A DNA stretch of 64,000 nt from Podarcis bocagei (lineage: Eukaryota). Where the stretch lies: the NCBI GenBank assembly GCA_964188305.1, contig OZ076890.1. One strand, given 5' to 3'. The position numbers and the translations under genes were made by a program. Below the pieces are notes generated by a model. It was not told the origin of the DNA, did not search any database, and was given only the letters and a program-made list of their open reading frames with translations. This document shows positions 1-11,297 of the stretch, piece by piece. Every line of letters begins with the position of its first letter. Positions within the stretch are counted from its first letter, which is position 1.

Positions 1-203
1 GAGGGGATGTAAGGGGAGGAGAGGAAGAGAAGCCCTGCTGTACAAGTGAAAGTCCTTGCACAGAAGCAACAACATTCTAAAACAATTGAAACATTCTAAA
101 AAACAATTACAATAATGTATTTGTGTAGCTCCTCTGGCTTTTTAATTAGTTAAATTCTCTAGATATTTAGGATAAGAAACAGATGCAGTGATACACTTAA
201 GTA

Positions 204-420
204 CCGTATGGGGAAATCTGTGTGCGTCTTATGGAGCGAATACAGGCTGCGCAGCTATCCCAGAAGCCAGAACAGCAAGAGGGATTGCTGCTTTCACTGC
301 GTAGCGATCCCTCTTGCTGTTCTGGCTTCTGAGATTCAGAATATATTTTTTCTTGTTTTCCTCCTCCAAAAACTAGGTGCGTCTTGTGGTCTGGTGCGTC
401 TTATAGAGCGAAAAATACGG
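204..420. mobile_element. Tc1/mariner(pogo)-type MITE remnant with an internal hairpin
   Basis: Right end GTGCGTCTTATAGAGCGAAAAATACGG|TA matches the family at 21478; left end reduced to TA|CCGTA; internal inverted repeat at about 263-330. Confidence 0.7.
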
Positions 421-1021
421 TAGTTTTAGATTTTGGACCGAATGATCTTACAATGGGGAATGACTCTGTTTATAGTCAATACGTATTATTCCCCAGTCCT
501 GTTGCATTTGTGGAGTGAGGGACAGCTGCAGCTCATTCTGTTGAGTGGGCCACTGGACTCCTGCCCCAATTGCTGCCTTGATAGCACCACTAAATATATT
601 GTATTGTGGTAAGGAAGCCTGATGCAATTTACAGTGAGACCACAATGTAGGGTGAACTGTAGATTTTAACACATGCTAGTATCACATAATGCAGAGCATT
701 CCAAACTTTTCATGTTGGTGACACACTTTTCAGACGTGCATCATTTCATGACACAGAATTCAGTTTTACTAGCAAACTGAAGGTTAAACTAACCCCTTTC
801 CATCCCCGGGAGGAAGGCGGACAGCGTTCGCACAACACACCTACACACTGCAGCCGACACACTAACGTGCTGCAACACACAGTTTGGAAAGCTCTGATAT
901 AATGGTGTGTGTTTTGGGCGGGAGGCCTTATAAATGCTGTTTTCATTTTTTTATACCAAGAGGGGAAACTATGTATGGTTCAATTTTATTTTTCTGATAA
1001 TGAACAAATAAAATTAGATAC

Positions 1022-1063
1022 CCTGAAGAGAAAAAAGGGTCGGCCCAAGGTATCCAAGCTGTC
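1022..1063 (-). CDS. NMS: NMS exon 9 (DSLDTLGRPFFLFR), core of the mature peptide
   Basis: 42 nt, bounded by tttctttccttttacAG and GTatct. GRPFFLFR is the NMS receptor-binding core; PRN-G is encoded by the next exon, which was not found in the window. Confidence 0.95.
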
Positions 1064-1660
1064 CTGTAAAAGGAAAGAAATAAAGCAGACTTGGCAAAAT
1101 GTTTCTAAACCTATTGTGCACTTTGACATAGGTCAGGAGTTCTGAAATACTGCAGTGTAGTGGGGCCCAATGAGATCCTGCAGCCAGCAGAGCCAAAACT
1201 TTCCTCCCAGCAATATAGGGGGATCAAGTGCAATCTTATGCATGTCTACTCAAAATGGGGATCGCTCCTCGGTAAATATGCATAGGAAGGCAGCTGGTCA
1301 AAGCAATCCAACTCCCCCCCCCATTTAAACTAGACTGGGGAGGGTAGTTGGAATGAGTAGACTTATCCCTCCACCCAGCTCTCCTGACTAAGCTGGCTCC
1401 TGCCACCCATTACCAAGGGAAGTGACACAAGAATCATTCCCTTGGCTCTAACCTCCCGCTTCCACCTGCTGAATGTCTGGATGGGTGGTAGCCAGGAAAA
1501 CACCACAACGAGGTGTTCTGGGGCAAGGAAGAGGCTGGTCCATGATCCATTGGATCCTGAGCTCTGATCTCACTGCTGTTGTGTGACAGGGTCAGGTCCA
1601 GTTGGTGCACTAGCCAGGAGCATGGATCTGGGCGCATCATCCTTTCCTCTGCTTTCCGCA

Positions 1661-1842
1661 CATAGGAGCCAACTCCTAGGAGGCCAAGGTCCCTCCCCCC
1701 CCAATAAAACAGTTGAGGGGGCCAGGCTCCCCAAAGTTGATGGGCGTTGCCATTCAAATCTTGCCCTGCACCGCATCACGTGGTCGATTATGTGGGGCAG
1801 GGTTTACCCCCCCCCAATAATTTAATCAAGTTGGCACTCCTT
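1661..1842. mobile_element. Probable degraded MITE
   Basis: Imperfect inverted termini AGGAGCCAACT / AGTTGGCACTCCT; no clear TSD. Confidence 0.4.
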
Positions 1843-2417
1843 CTTCCACCACAGACTTTCTGAACAGCAGGGCTTCAGATGCATTGGTGGCCCTGCCATT
1901 CCAAAAAAGCCCCACCAGCTGGGTGGTGGTGGATAAGTTAGGACTGCAGCCTTAGTATAGCAACCACCAACAGAGAAATAGGAACAAGGAGAAGAGGAAG
2001 ACAGAGATGACACTGTGGCCCCCATTAAGCATATTAAGAAGGTTAGAGATGCCCCCTGAACAATTTTAGATGGCATTCCGAGGGCTGCTAAGGGAGGACA
2101 AAATTGCCCCAAATTGAGCAAATCTTTGCCTGGTTTGGGGTGATTCCCCCCCTTCCTATTTTTCTTATGAACCATCATAGCTATGTTTGCTTTGAATGTA
2201 TAAAGAGTCTACCCTGTGCTCACTCACAAGGTAGGAGAAGCAAAGGGCAGAGCATTTAAACATTTACTGTGTTGCTGGCATCACCCCTGCCATTCCTTGC
2301 CTTCTGTCTCTTTGATATGCTGACCCAGACAGCTCACAGGGTGGCAAAACAAACTAACTGAGCATTGGGAGCTGTTTGTAACACATATGCACAATAATGC
2401 CAGCATTTTAAGCCTAC

Positions 2418-2450
2418 CTTCTTCCCGAATTCTGCTGCAAGCTGAGATTC
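2418..2450 (-). CDS. NMS: NMS exon 8 (ESQLAAEFGKK)
   Basis: 33 nt, bounded by ttgcAG and GTaggc. Positional and sequence equivalent of human ...AAVDFTKK. Confidence 0.85.
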
Positions 2451-3378
2451 CTGCAAGGTGATAGTGCATGTTAATTTCATCATCTCCTAATGCTGATAGG
2501 TTGATGCGTTTCAGCAGAAGCTAGCAGACTGCTCCAGTACATGACATTAGGCTAAAGCATTCGAAACACAAAACCACAGGCAATGTTGGAAACAGAAAGA
2601 GAATGCTAAACACCTTGAATTCATCTGAGGTTTTTCTTTGGCCAAGCAACGGGTATAGCGCATGCTTCTGTCTCTTAAATGGAAATGGCGTGATCATGCT
2701 CTTGAGCACAACACCAAAGCTCAAATGGAAAGTTAGATCTTAGTACTTATTTTTGAAAGTGCTATTATTTATTCTGTAAAATTGTTCCTAGTACCATTCT
2801 CTACATTTTCACTGAATGTTAAACTAGTCAAATGATGCAGCTGGTAGTTTACATTGCTACAGAGTTTTTGGGGTTTTTTTGTATCTGCTACACCCAGTCT
2901 CCTACAGATGTCAGTCAACAAAAGGTTGCAATTGACTGCAATGGGAATGAATTATTCTACCAGTTAAGGATATTACAGTGCAGTATGTTCCTGCATGTAA
3001 AAGCCCTTTGCAAAGTTGCTTCAGCATTCAGCACCAATACAGGAGTGATACTGGAGATTTTGACCATCCTTTGGGTAGGGATAGTGTATGTGCCTAGCAG
3101 TTCACAAACACTAGAAGAATTAACTAACAGGAATAGTCACATCGACAATGATGGTTGTGACTTACTTTGAATAAACTTTAAAAATGGGGTACAATAAGGA
3201 AATTCATTGGGGGGGGATGATAGAATGTTTTAAGAAAAAGAAAGGGAGATAAGGAGGAAATGAGAGTAGACAAATGCACGCAATTTCACCACCAGTACAA
3301 TGGCTTTTTAAAAGAAAAGGAAAAAGTCAAAATGAAGTGTTTGTGCCACAAAATACTATGGATGAAGCGAGTGCATAC

Positions 3379-3453
3379 AGGATCAAGGAATCTTTTCATT
3401 CTCCTCTCCGAGAGCTTTGGAGCAAGGCTCATTAAAGGATGCACAGGGAAAGA
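3379..3453 (-). CDS. NMS: NMS exon 7 (SFPVHPLMSLAPKLSERRMKRFLDP)
   Basis: 75 nt, bounded by cAG and GTatgc. Contains the VHPLM..LA.KL..RRMKR motif. Lies within ORF 3286..3498. Confidence 0.95.
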
Positions 3454-4594
3454 CTGTAACAAAGAGAGATCATGAACACCAATTTTATGCAAAGACAAAA
3501 ATTAGAAAAATAAATGTGTAAAGCCTAGATGACAGCTATATGGTTCACTGGCAGAGCGACATTCCTAATCTACCAGTAACATCATCTCAACATAGATGAC
3601 TTTATAAGGAACTGGCTTATTCAAAATATGAAGTCCCAAAATAAGTTTATCAAGAAGTTTCAGATGCAGCCAGAAAACCATCTCTTGGGGGCTTTGCCAG
3701 GATTGTAGAGCAGTGCAGAGGTGCTGGGTAATTAGGAGCAGATCCCTCATGCTGTAATCCTAAATGCACTTGCTAGGCATAAAGCTCCATGGAACTAAGT
3801 GGGGTCTGTTCAGGGCAAACATGCATTGGGTCATAATGTGGTTCAGGACACTTCTTGCCATTGTTTTAATGAAGTGAATAACCATTACTAATTATATATG
3901 TATACACACAGATATGCTAATAATAATAATAATAATTCATAAAGTCGTTGCTAAGGCTTTTTGTGGGTAAAGTCATTCACTAACTGTTCAAAAGAGAGGG
4001 TTGTATTAGGCTAATGGATTTTCATCCCTCTTTGATAGATGGTTCCCATGTTACACTGAAGGGAGTGTGTGCCGTTGGTGGCTGTCTAAAACCCTACTGG
4101 GCTCTTATGAATCTAGTTGCAAGATTTTTTCAGATCCTGGTAACTTCCTCACTGTACATTTAAAGCACTTATACCACTTTGACCATCATGACTTCCCTCA
4201 AAGATTACTGGGAACTGTAAGAGTCCTGAGAGTTGTAAAGACACCCCTCACACAGCTACAGTTCCCATGATTCTTTGGGGAAAGCCTGGACTGTTGAAGA
4301 GGTATGAGAGTGCTTTAACTGTATGGTCCAGATGTGAGATAAATCTTATTTGACGTTATTTGCCTGGCTTAAGGTTCAGCCCGCCCTTTGTGAACTTGAG
4401 TTGCAATCCTATGCACGAGTCCTTTGTAATAAGTGCCATTGGTTTCAATGGGTCTTAATTCCAAGCAGACATGCATAGGTTTGCATTGCTAATAAACACA
4501 CTCAAGGCACTTGAGTGATTTTATATATTGTTCTATAGTATTTTGTATGTTGTAATGTATAAAATATAAAATATGCTTATGTTAAAATACTAAC

Positions 4595-4648
4595 CCCGGT
4601 TTTAAGTGGATATGTTGGATCTTGAGCTCTGGAGTAGTGAAATAAAAA
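4595..4648 (-). CDS. NMS: NMS exon 6 (FLFHYSRAQDPTYPLKTG), N-terminal part of NSRP
   Basis: 54 nt, bounded by cAG and GTtagt. FLFHYS is the hallmark of the NMU/NMS precursor-related peptides. Confidence 0.95.
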
Positions 4649-4734
4649 CTGCACAGAAAGAGCTATTTTAGTATGTTGCATTATTTAAAGAAAAACAGGT
4701 ATTATGCATATTATAAAGAAAGGTAAATACTTAC

Positions 4735-4761
4735 TCTTTTATATATTTCCTGATTATTTTC
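4735..4761 (-). CDS. NMS: NMS exon 5 (ENNQEIYKR)
   Basis: 27 nt, bounded by AG and GTaagt. Matches human DNQDIYKR and ends in a dibasic KR cleavage site. Confidence 0.9.
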
Positions 4762-4863
4762 CTAGTGAGGAGAAGCATATTAGATTACATGAGGATTGAT
4801 GATTACGTAACTACATAAATACTGTAACAGAGTTTTCAGAGAAAAGAAAGAATCGGATCATAC

Positions 4864-4923
4864 CTCATCTATCTGCATGCCATTAAACATGGAGTTACAA
4901 AGATCCATAACAGAACGGCAGAT
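4864..4923 (-). CDS. NMS: NMS exon 4 (ICRSVMDLCNSMFNGMQIDE)
   Basis: 60 nt, phase 0-0, open frame, strong pyrimidine tract ctttttgtcttctAG and GTatga donor. Resembles the Cys-containing propeptide exon of NMU and of non-mammalian NMS. Confidence 0.8.
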
Positions 4924-5623
4924 CTAGAAGACAAAAAGAGCTTAAACTAAATATTGATGTGTTTGAAGCAAATAATAAAAAATAGAGGTAATTATACAAA
5001 CATCAATTTAAAAAATTATTCTAATATACATTATTTTCAAACATAGTTAGTCAAGCATTACATATTTTGCAGTTGTTTTGATATAAAATCACCATGTCTG
5101 ATTGTGGCCGTAAAATTAATTTTTATTTAATTTAGAATGCTGCCGCGAGAGTCAAACAAAACATTAAAAGTGCAACTTCTAACAGATCAAGGTGGTCTAG
5201 TGGGCCCATAAAGGATAAGGTGGGGTTTTTTCAAGTAAACTGGTTCCAAGCTAATGAAGCTTTTATAGACTAATAACAACACTTTGAATTTGGCCTGGTA
5301 ACAAATCAGTGGCCAGTGCGAATGTTTGAGCAGAGACACAATGTGCTGACAGGATCACAGTCCAGAGTCTTTATTTAGTTTGAGTAATGGTGAACTATGA
5401 AACTCCCTGCCACCACAAAGAGATTGCTGTGGCAAAGAGTGATAAGGTATCAGAATAAAATTATGTCAGTCGTGTTTATGTCAAACTCTGCTTCCATCCA
5501 CTGCTCACAACACCTCCATTTTGTGACTGGTGGGCCTTGAACCCTTTCATGTCTGCCCCGGGGATAGAAACTTCGAAAACCCCTAATTTATGGCACTAAA
5601 AATTTATTACAACTTATTTTTAC

Positions 5624-5674
5624 ATGGGGTTGATCAGACAGTTCCATCTACTGACAGAAACACCATGCTAGCCT
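5624..5674 (-). CDS. NMS: NMS exon 3 (RLAWCFCQ*MELSDQPH), with an in-frame TAG at 5650-5648
   Basis: 51 nt, phase 0-0, bounded by tttAG and GTaaaa. Aligns to the recalled human QLAYCLSQWAPLSRQPK, with the stop at the Trp position. Confidence 0.85.
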
Positions 5675-5756
5675 CTAAATCAGAAGTGGAGGGAGTGGGG
5701 TAGAGAAATTGGAAAGTTTATTATATTGGCAACATTTTTGAAGAAAAATATATATA

Positions 5757-5998
5757 CAGTGGTACCTCGGGTTTAGTACTTAATTCATTCCGGAGGTCCG
5801 TTCTTAACCTGAAACTGTTCTTAACCTGAAGCACCACTTTAGCCAATGGGGCCTCCCGCTGCTGCTGCGCTGCTGCTGCGCAATTTCTGTTCTCATCCTG
5901 AAGCAAAGTTCTTAACCCAAGGTACTATTTCTGGGTTAGTGGAGTCTGTAACCTGAAGCGTATGTAACCTGAAGTGTATGTAACCCGAGGTACCACTG
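5757..5998 (+). mobile_element. Tc1/mariner-type MITE (family A)
   Basis: TIR CAGTGGTACCTCGGGTT...AACCCGAGGTACCACTG, flanked by TA. Homologous copies at 43933 and 59334. Confidence 0.9.
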
Positions 5999-6325
5999 TA
6001 TAGTGTCTGAAACAGTACAGGAGAGCAATCCTGAAGCCATTTTGACTCTCCCAAATTCACCTCAAATATTTCGGGAAGTTTATTATACTGGCAACATTCT
6101 TGAAGATTTTCTTTAGCTTATATATACACTAGATTAACAGATTTTGTTCCTACAGTGAACATGGGGATGCAGCAACCAATTGCTTTTGTTACATGCATCA
6201 GGCATATACCAGGCTGTCTTCCCTCTATAATAGCAGTAGAATTCACTGTTCCCATGGGATCTCACACACTTTTGGGATAAGTGTTCCAAGCACAGGCATG
6301 GAAATTTATTTAAAAGTTTGCATAC

Positions 6326-6381
6326 CTTGCTTTTAGGAATGTCTGATTCGCTTAGATAGTCATCAAAGGGCTGTGGAAATC
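6326..6381 (-). CDS. NMS: NMS exon 2 (GFPQPFDDYLSESDIPKSK)
   Basis: 56 nt, bounded by ttaacAG and GTatgc. The GFPQP motif follows the signal peptide as in NMS. Lies within ORF 6134..6418. Confidence 0.92.
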
Positions 6382-6841
6382 CTGTTAAAGTGAAACAGTA
6401 AGAAAGCATTAGATACACTACAGCATGGGTTTAATTAACAGACCTTAATTGCATAAAGATCTAAAGAAAGACAGGGCAAGTCCAACAGAAGGCACTTAAG
6501 AGAATTGTAGTACTGTCTTCGGTTGACTCTTTGAGTGTGTATGTGCACATTTAAAAAAACGTATTATACAGTATAGTGATAATTAGCCTCTTTTGATTAG
6601 TTTTTTTTTAAATAGTCCGTAGATCAGAGTGGGATAAATAGATGATGATGAAACTGGACATAGTTTCCTCACAGAGAAAACAGACACACACACACCAACT
6701 TAACATCTATTTATTACCACCCTTCTCACAATTCACACACGCTTAAGTTTTGTTTTAAATCTGTGTCCCGATACCTACGTTTTCTCAGGCTTTGTGCTAA
6801 ATACAACACGTTTTATAAAGAGACGAGACGGTCATCCTCGT

Positions 6842-6862
6842 TTCAGCACCTTGGAGAGCATC
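6842..6862 (+). promoter_or_regulatory. RE1/NRSE (REST-binding) element in NMS intron 1
   Basis: TTCAGCACCTTGGAGAGCATC versus consensus TTCAGCACCNNGGACAGCGCC, with canonical 2-nt half-site spacing. Confidence 0.75.
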
Positions 6863-7527
6863 GCAGGTGCTGCAGCTTCTGAACCGTCTCCGGATCCTTT
6901 TAACTGTACTATTAAAAACAAACCCCCTTGACCACGTTGAGCTTCATTCTAGAGAGGAATTTTGCAGGCTCTACTTCTGCTTCTCCTATTTAAGTGATTG
7001 GCCGCTCTTCCATTTACAACTTTCCTCCTCTTTCAGGAGAAAGACCCCGGTGGAAACCCTAATCCACTGTGGCAAAAGCTCGTAGCCTTTTTACTCTTAG
7101 ATTACTACTAGATTACGAAAACTTCCCAAATGCTCTCCCCTCCACAGGCGAGGATTCTTCCACTTCACGCAAAAACCCTCGTTGAGTTGTGCGCGTGGGG
7201 AAGCTATTGCTCATTTCTTAAAGACTGAGCCAGATTAGTAAAAGTTAAAGGAAGCCCCCCTTTTTTTTTGTTTACTTGCTACAGCAGTAGATTCTGACTC
7301 GCTCATGCACAAGATTCCTGGGCAAGTTTCCTCTTAGAAGTAAGCTTGGCTTACAACCAAGAAACCTCTCGTTAGACGGACAGGAAACCTGCGAAGCATT
7401 TCTTCCTTTCCCCCCCAGTCCTGCTGTAAACTTTCCAGATCGTCCATCCATAGACATAATGAAGGACGCTGTATAAAAAGTCTTCAGTATCTGAAATAAT
7501 GCGCAATGTGGGGAACGCGGCTCCTAC

Positions 7528-7600
7528 CTGAGGTGAATCGTGCGGTGCAAACGCAGTAGATAACGAAGATCAAGGGGAAGGGAGGCGCGTGCCGTTTCAT
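7528..7600 (-). CDS. NMS: Neuromedin S precursor, coding exon 1 (signal peptide MKRHAPPFPLIFVIYCVCTARFTS, phase 1)
   Basis: Manual minus-strand translation from the ATG at 7600 (context gaaaATG) to the GTAGGA donor. Resembles the recalled human NMS N-terminus MKHLRPQFPLILAIYCFC. Joins exon 2 in frame. Confidence 0.9.
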
Positions 7601-7699
7601 TTTCAGCGGCCGAGACAGGCTGGGCTTTCTCTGACACAGTTTCTGCATCTTCAGTCCAAGCCCACGAGGCAGCCGCGTTGCTGCCCGGCCTTTGTCTGA

Positions 7700-7770
7700 C
7701 TCTCCCGAACTCGAGAAGCATCTTTATTTGTAACAAACTTCCCCTCGGAAGAAGAGCCAATCAGCACCTC
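7700..7770 (-). promoter_or_regulatory. Putative NMS proximal promoter (TATA-like AAATAAA at about 7723-7729; CCAAT box at about 7757-7761)
   Basis: Motifs lie about 125-160 bp upstream of the NMS ATG in a locally CpG-enriched patch. The TSS cannot be determined from sequence. Confidence 0.35.
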
Positions 7771-10700
7771 GCAGGCTCCTCGTTTGTCTCATTAAGCGCC
7801 ACGCTGCGCTTTCATTCAGGAAGTAATTGCTCCCTGCTCGGCGCTTGGCGCACAACGATTTCAACTACGCATTAGCCAAGTTTCCGAGAAGAAGAATATA
7901 CAGAACGAACGTTTCTGAAAGATCTTGGGGATGGACGACTAAAGGCGGAAGGAAAATGTCCCTAAAGAAAGCAAGGTAACAGTTGTATATATATTCACCA
8001 TTCTATTGCAAAGTCCCATAAATTCTGCCATGCAGAATTTTTAAAAGTCCTTTATACTCGAAAGCGTTGCAATATGCAACACGCCAGTGCTATAAATCAA
8101 TATGCAGCCCTTTCAGACACATCTCTACTTTAAATAAAATGCGCTGGACATAAAAACCAGTCTCTGTGTAATATCAGTACTCAATTGAAATTCAATAAAG
8201 AATATTAACAGTAAAATGTGTGCCGGATAACAAAAATGCCACCAGTGATCATTCAAAGCTGGTACATAATTATTGATTGTTGAAGTCACTTTTTAAAACT
8301 TATTTTATTTTTTAAAATATATAAAACAACAGGAAGCAAATCATTTTAAATTATTCAAAAGAGGCGGTTCAGAGATGAATGGGAAGGTGTGTGATTTTTG
8401 TACAATTCAACCTCGCTTCTTCCACACCCTCTACACTGTACCCGATACTTTAAGCAACACTTCTGTTTTCTACACCAATACTGTAGAATTTACAGTATAA
8501 TCTCAGATACAGTAAGAAACTTACTTGAAAAATCTGTTCATCCATTTTATGCAGCAGGAGTGGGGACCCATTGGTTCTCCAGCTGTTGTTGAGCTACATT
8601 TTCCGTAATAATCCATGGCCATTGGCCATGCTTGCTAGGGCAGATGGGAGTTGTAGATCATCAATATCTGGCAGGTCAAAAATTCCTCAAACTCGGCTGT
8701 ACAGCTTAGGATCCACTTCCCGGAAGGAATGCTTGATCCTACACCAACCTGACCAGGAACAGAGGTTATGGTGGGTGGTGATCAGTGAGAGAATGTTCTT
8801 TATGTGAAATTCCCTCCCTAGAGAGGTCTACCTGGCACCAACACTGTTTTAATTTCAGTACCAGGCAAATACTTTTGGGTCTCCCAAGCATTTTCATGTA
8901 TTGTTTTCATCTAGTTTTCTTTCTTAACTTGTTATTATATTTTACTTTGTATTTCATCTTGTTGTTATAAACCACTCAGAGTCCTGCTGAAAGGTGGACT
9001 AGACATCTTTTAAATAAATAATATACAAAATATACCTAAATCTTTCTTCAGTCAAGGTTGTACCAATAAACCATTCCTTCTTACGTAAATTGGGACACTG
9101 AGTGATCGAGCCCTCAATAAGTGGTGCCTGTATTGATACCATAACATTTTTTAATATGCTGGACATTACCTAAGCTGGCATATGTCAACTTGGTACAACT
9201 GAGTTACCTAAATGCAATAATTCCATATTGGTTGTAGATCAAACAAGCTATCAATGAATGGAAAGGCAATTTTACATAATGCTTTTATGGTTTAAATCCA
9301 GGGATTACCAACTAGCAGGTCAGGATCTACCAGAAGATCAGAGTGAATCACAGGTCACTATTTAGATTGCCGAAGAACAGAATGCACAATGTACATACAA
9401 GTTGTGCTGGCATCTTGCAAGATACCGATGAGGATTATGAGGGAGAAACTGAATATATAATTGTAGCAGTTTATGATCTGTTAAAGTCCTACCCCCCTTT
9501 TTTTTGCTAGACACAAGATGAATCAAAGTGCTGTGTAAGAGAGTCACCGTGGTGTAGTACTTAGAGTGCTGGATTACAATCTGGGAGATCAGGTTCAAAT
9601 CTCCATTCAGCCATGAAGTCCACTTGGTGATGTTGGATCAGTGACATCAATTGTAATGTGATTACGTGCTCTAGGGTCATGGAATATAGAATAATTCTAC
9701 AGTAGTAGTTCTCAAATTTATTTTATCTTTTGGTAGACCACCACATGAAAATTTCTGGAGGTCTTGGCAGACCACCTGAACTTTTTGTTTTCTTCATCAC
9801 CAGCATTATCATTAAAAAAAAAGCGTTGTATTATGAAAACCAAAAGCCCTAAGGGAAAGATGCTGAAAAGGGTCCTTAAACTGAAAAATTTGTAGTGGAG
9901 AAGAAATAGACCACCACACATATTATGTAAATCATAGGCCTTATGCCAGGGTCTTGTTAGCTTGCTTGGAAAATCCAGTGCTGCTGCCCTTAATCTCCAT
10001 TATTTGGGTGGGGGGGAATAAGTCAGTTTCGTCATTCAAATACAGATTAACCTTTCCATATAGACCACTTGAATGGAACTCGTAGAACACAGTTCTTCTC
10101 TACAGCAGCCTTTGCTACCTGAAGGTGCTGTGTAAGCTGATCTGATTACATCTGGTCCCAGGCATCAAAATAACAGAGTGGGTCCTAAAATATCTATATC
10201 TTAAGTGTCTAAGGTCAGAGTAATGAGATGTGTCTTCAGTATGTGATGCAAACTACATAACGAAGGTCCTCTGTGGGTGCCTTGCCTTTTGCTATCTGCC
10301 TATCTGGATTTTATTAACAACCGGATGTAGCAACCCACTTTACTTCTGCTTTCATACTTTGTGGGACCTGATTCTAGAGGAAAATCGTGATCATTTTGAA
10401 ACCCCTGATAGGGTGCCTCATTTCAGACATAATTTAATGTGCATACACTCAAGAGGAATCATTCCTGGGGCATTTTGTGGATGCAAAATACTGCTTTGAA
10501 ACTGACGCTTTTGTTTTTGATCTTGCTGAACATCCATTAAAAATTAGCTTATGGTTCTTGGAATTTATAAAACCACAATTTAAACAGATAAGACATTTAA
10601 ACTGTTTCCTTTAATCAGAATAGGTTCTTTTCCTCACTTATTCCATTTCAAAGGTGTGTGCTGAGAGTTCAGTATTGTCAATGGCCTCACCAGCACCACA

Positions 10701-11151
10701 TCAGTTTTAATGAGCTGCATTTGCTCTGCAAATGAAATAATGCCTTGAGGAGGTCTTGCACTTCCTGTACTTTCCCTGTGGAGAACATGATGCTGGAAAT
10801 CAGGTTGGTAATTCTGTTGCCCTCAGCCACATGCAACTTGCAAAAGTGAAGAGATTAGATGGAATAGAAAAAGGGGCAACCATTATCACCCTTGGTAGAC
10901 TTCATATAAACTTTCCTCCCTGCTACCTCAACTCTGATTACAGTATCTGATTAGACATAGGAACCATTTTGAAATGGAGGCAGAAGCAAAGGCCGATCCT
11001 CAAGACAATTCAGCAAAAAGGTTAGCATATGCATCACAGAGTTTTCCAGTCATGTGATTCGCAATGGTTTTGGGGCTAGAGAAAGGTGAGGCAGCAAATG
11101 AAGCTTATCCAGAAGTCAAGGTGCATAGTAGCATAGCTGTCAACTTTCAGA

Positions 11152-11297
11152 TTTGAAAATAAGGGATCAGCAGCCTCACCTGTCCTGGAGACAGTCTACA
11201 GGATATCTAAGATTCCAGGATAGCAGCGGGAAGCAGCAGGAAACGGTGCTGGAATAAGGGAATTTCCCGCAAAAAAAGGGGAAGGTTAACAGCTATG
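11152..11297. mobile_element. hAT-type MITE (CATAGCTGTCAAC TIR)
   Basis: TIRs plus 8-bp TSD CATAGTAG (11144-11151 / 11298-11305). A longer relative lies at 30231. Confidence 0.85.

Noticed and set aside
1-1021. Search for the NMS exon encoding PRNG
   Set aside because: No matching codons with splice sites were found by eye; presumed to lie left of the window.
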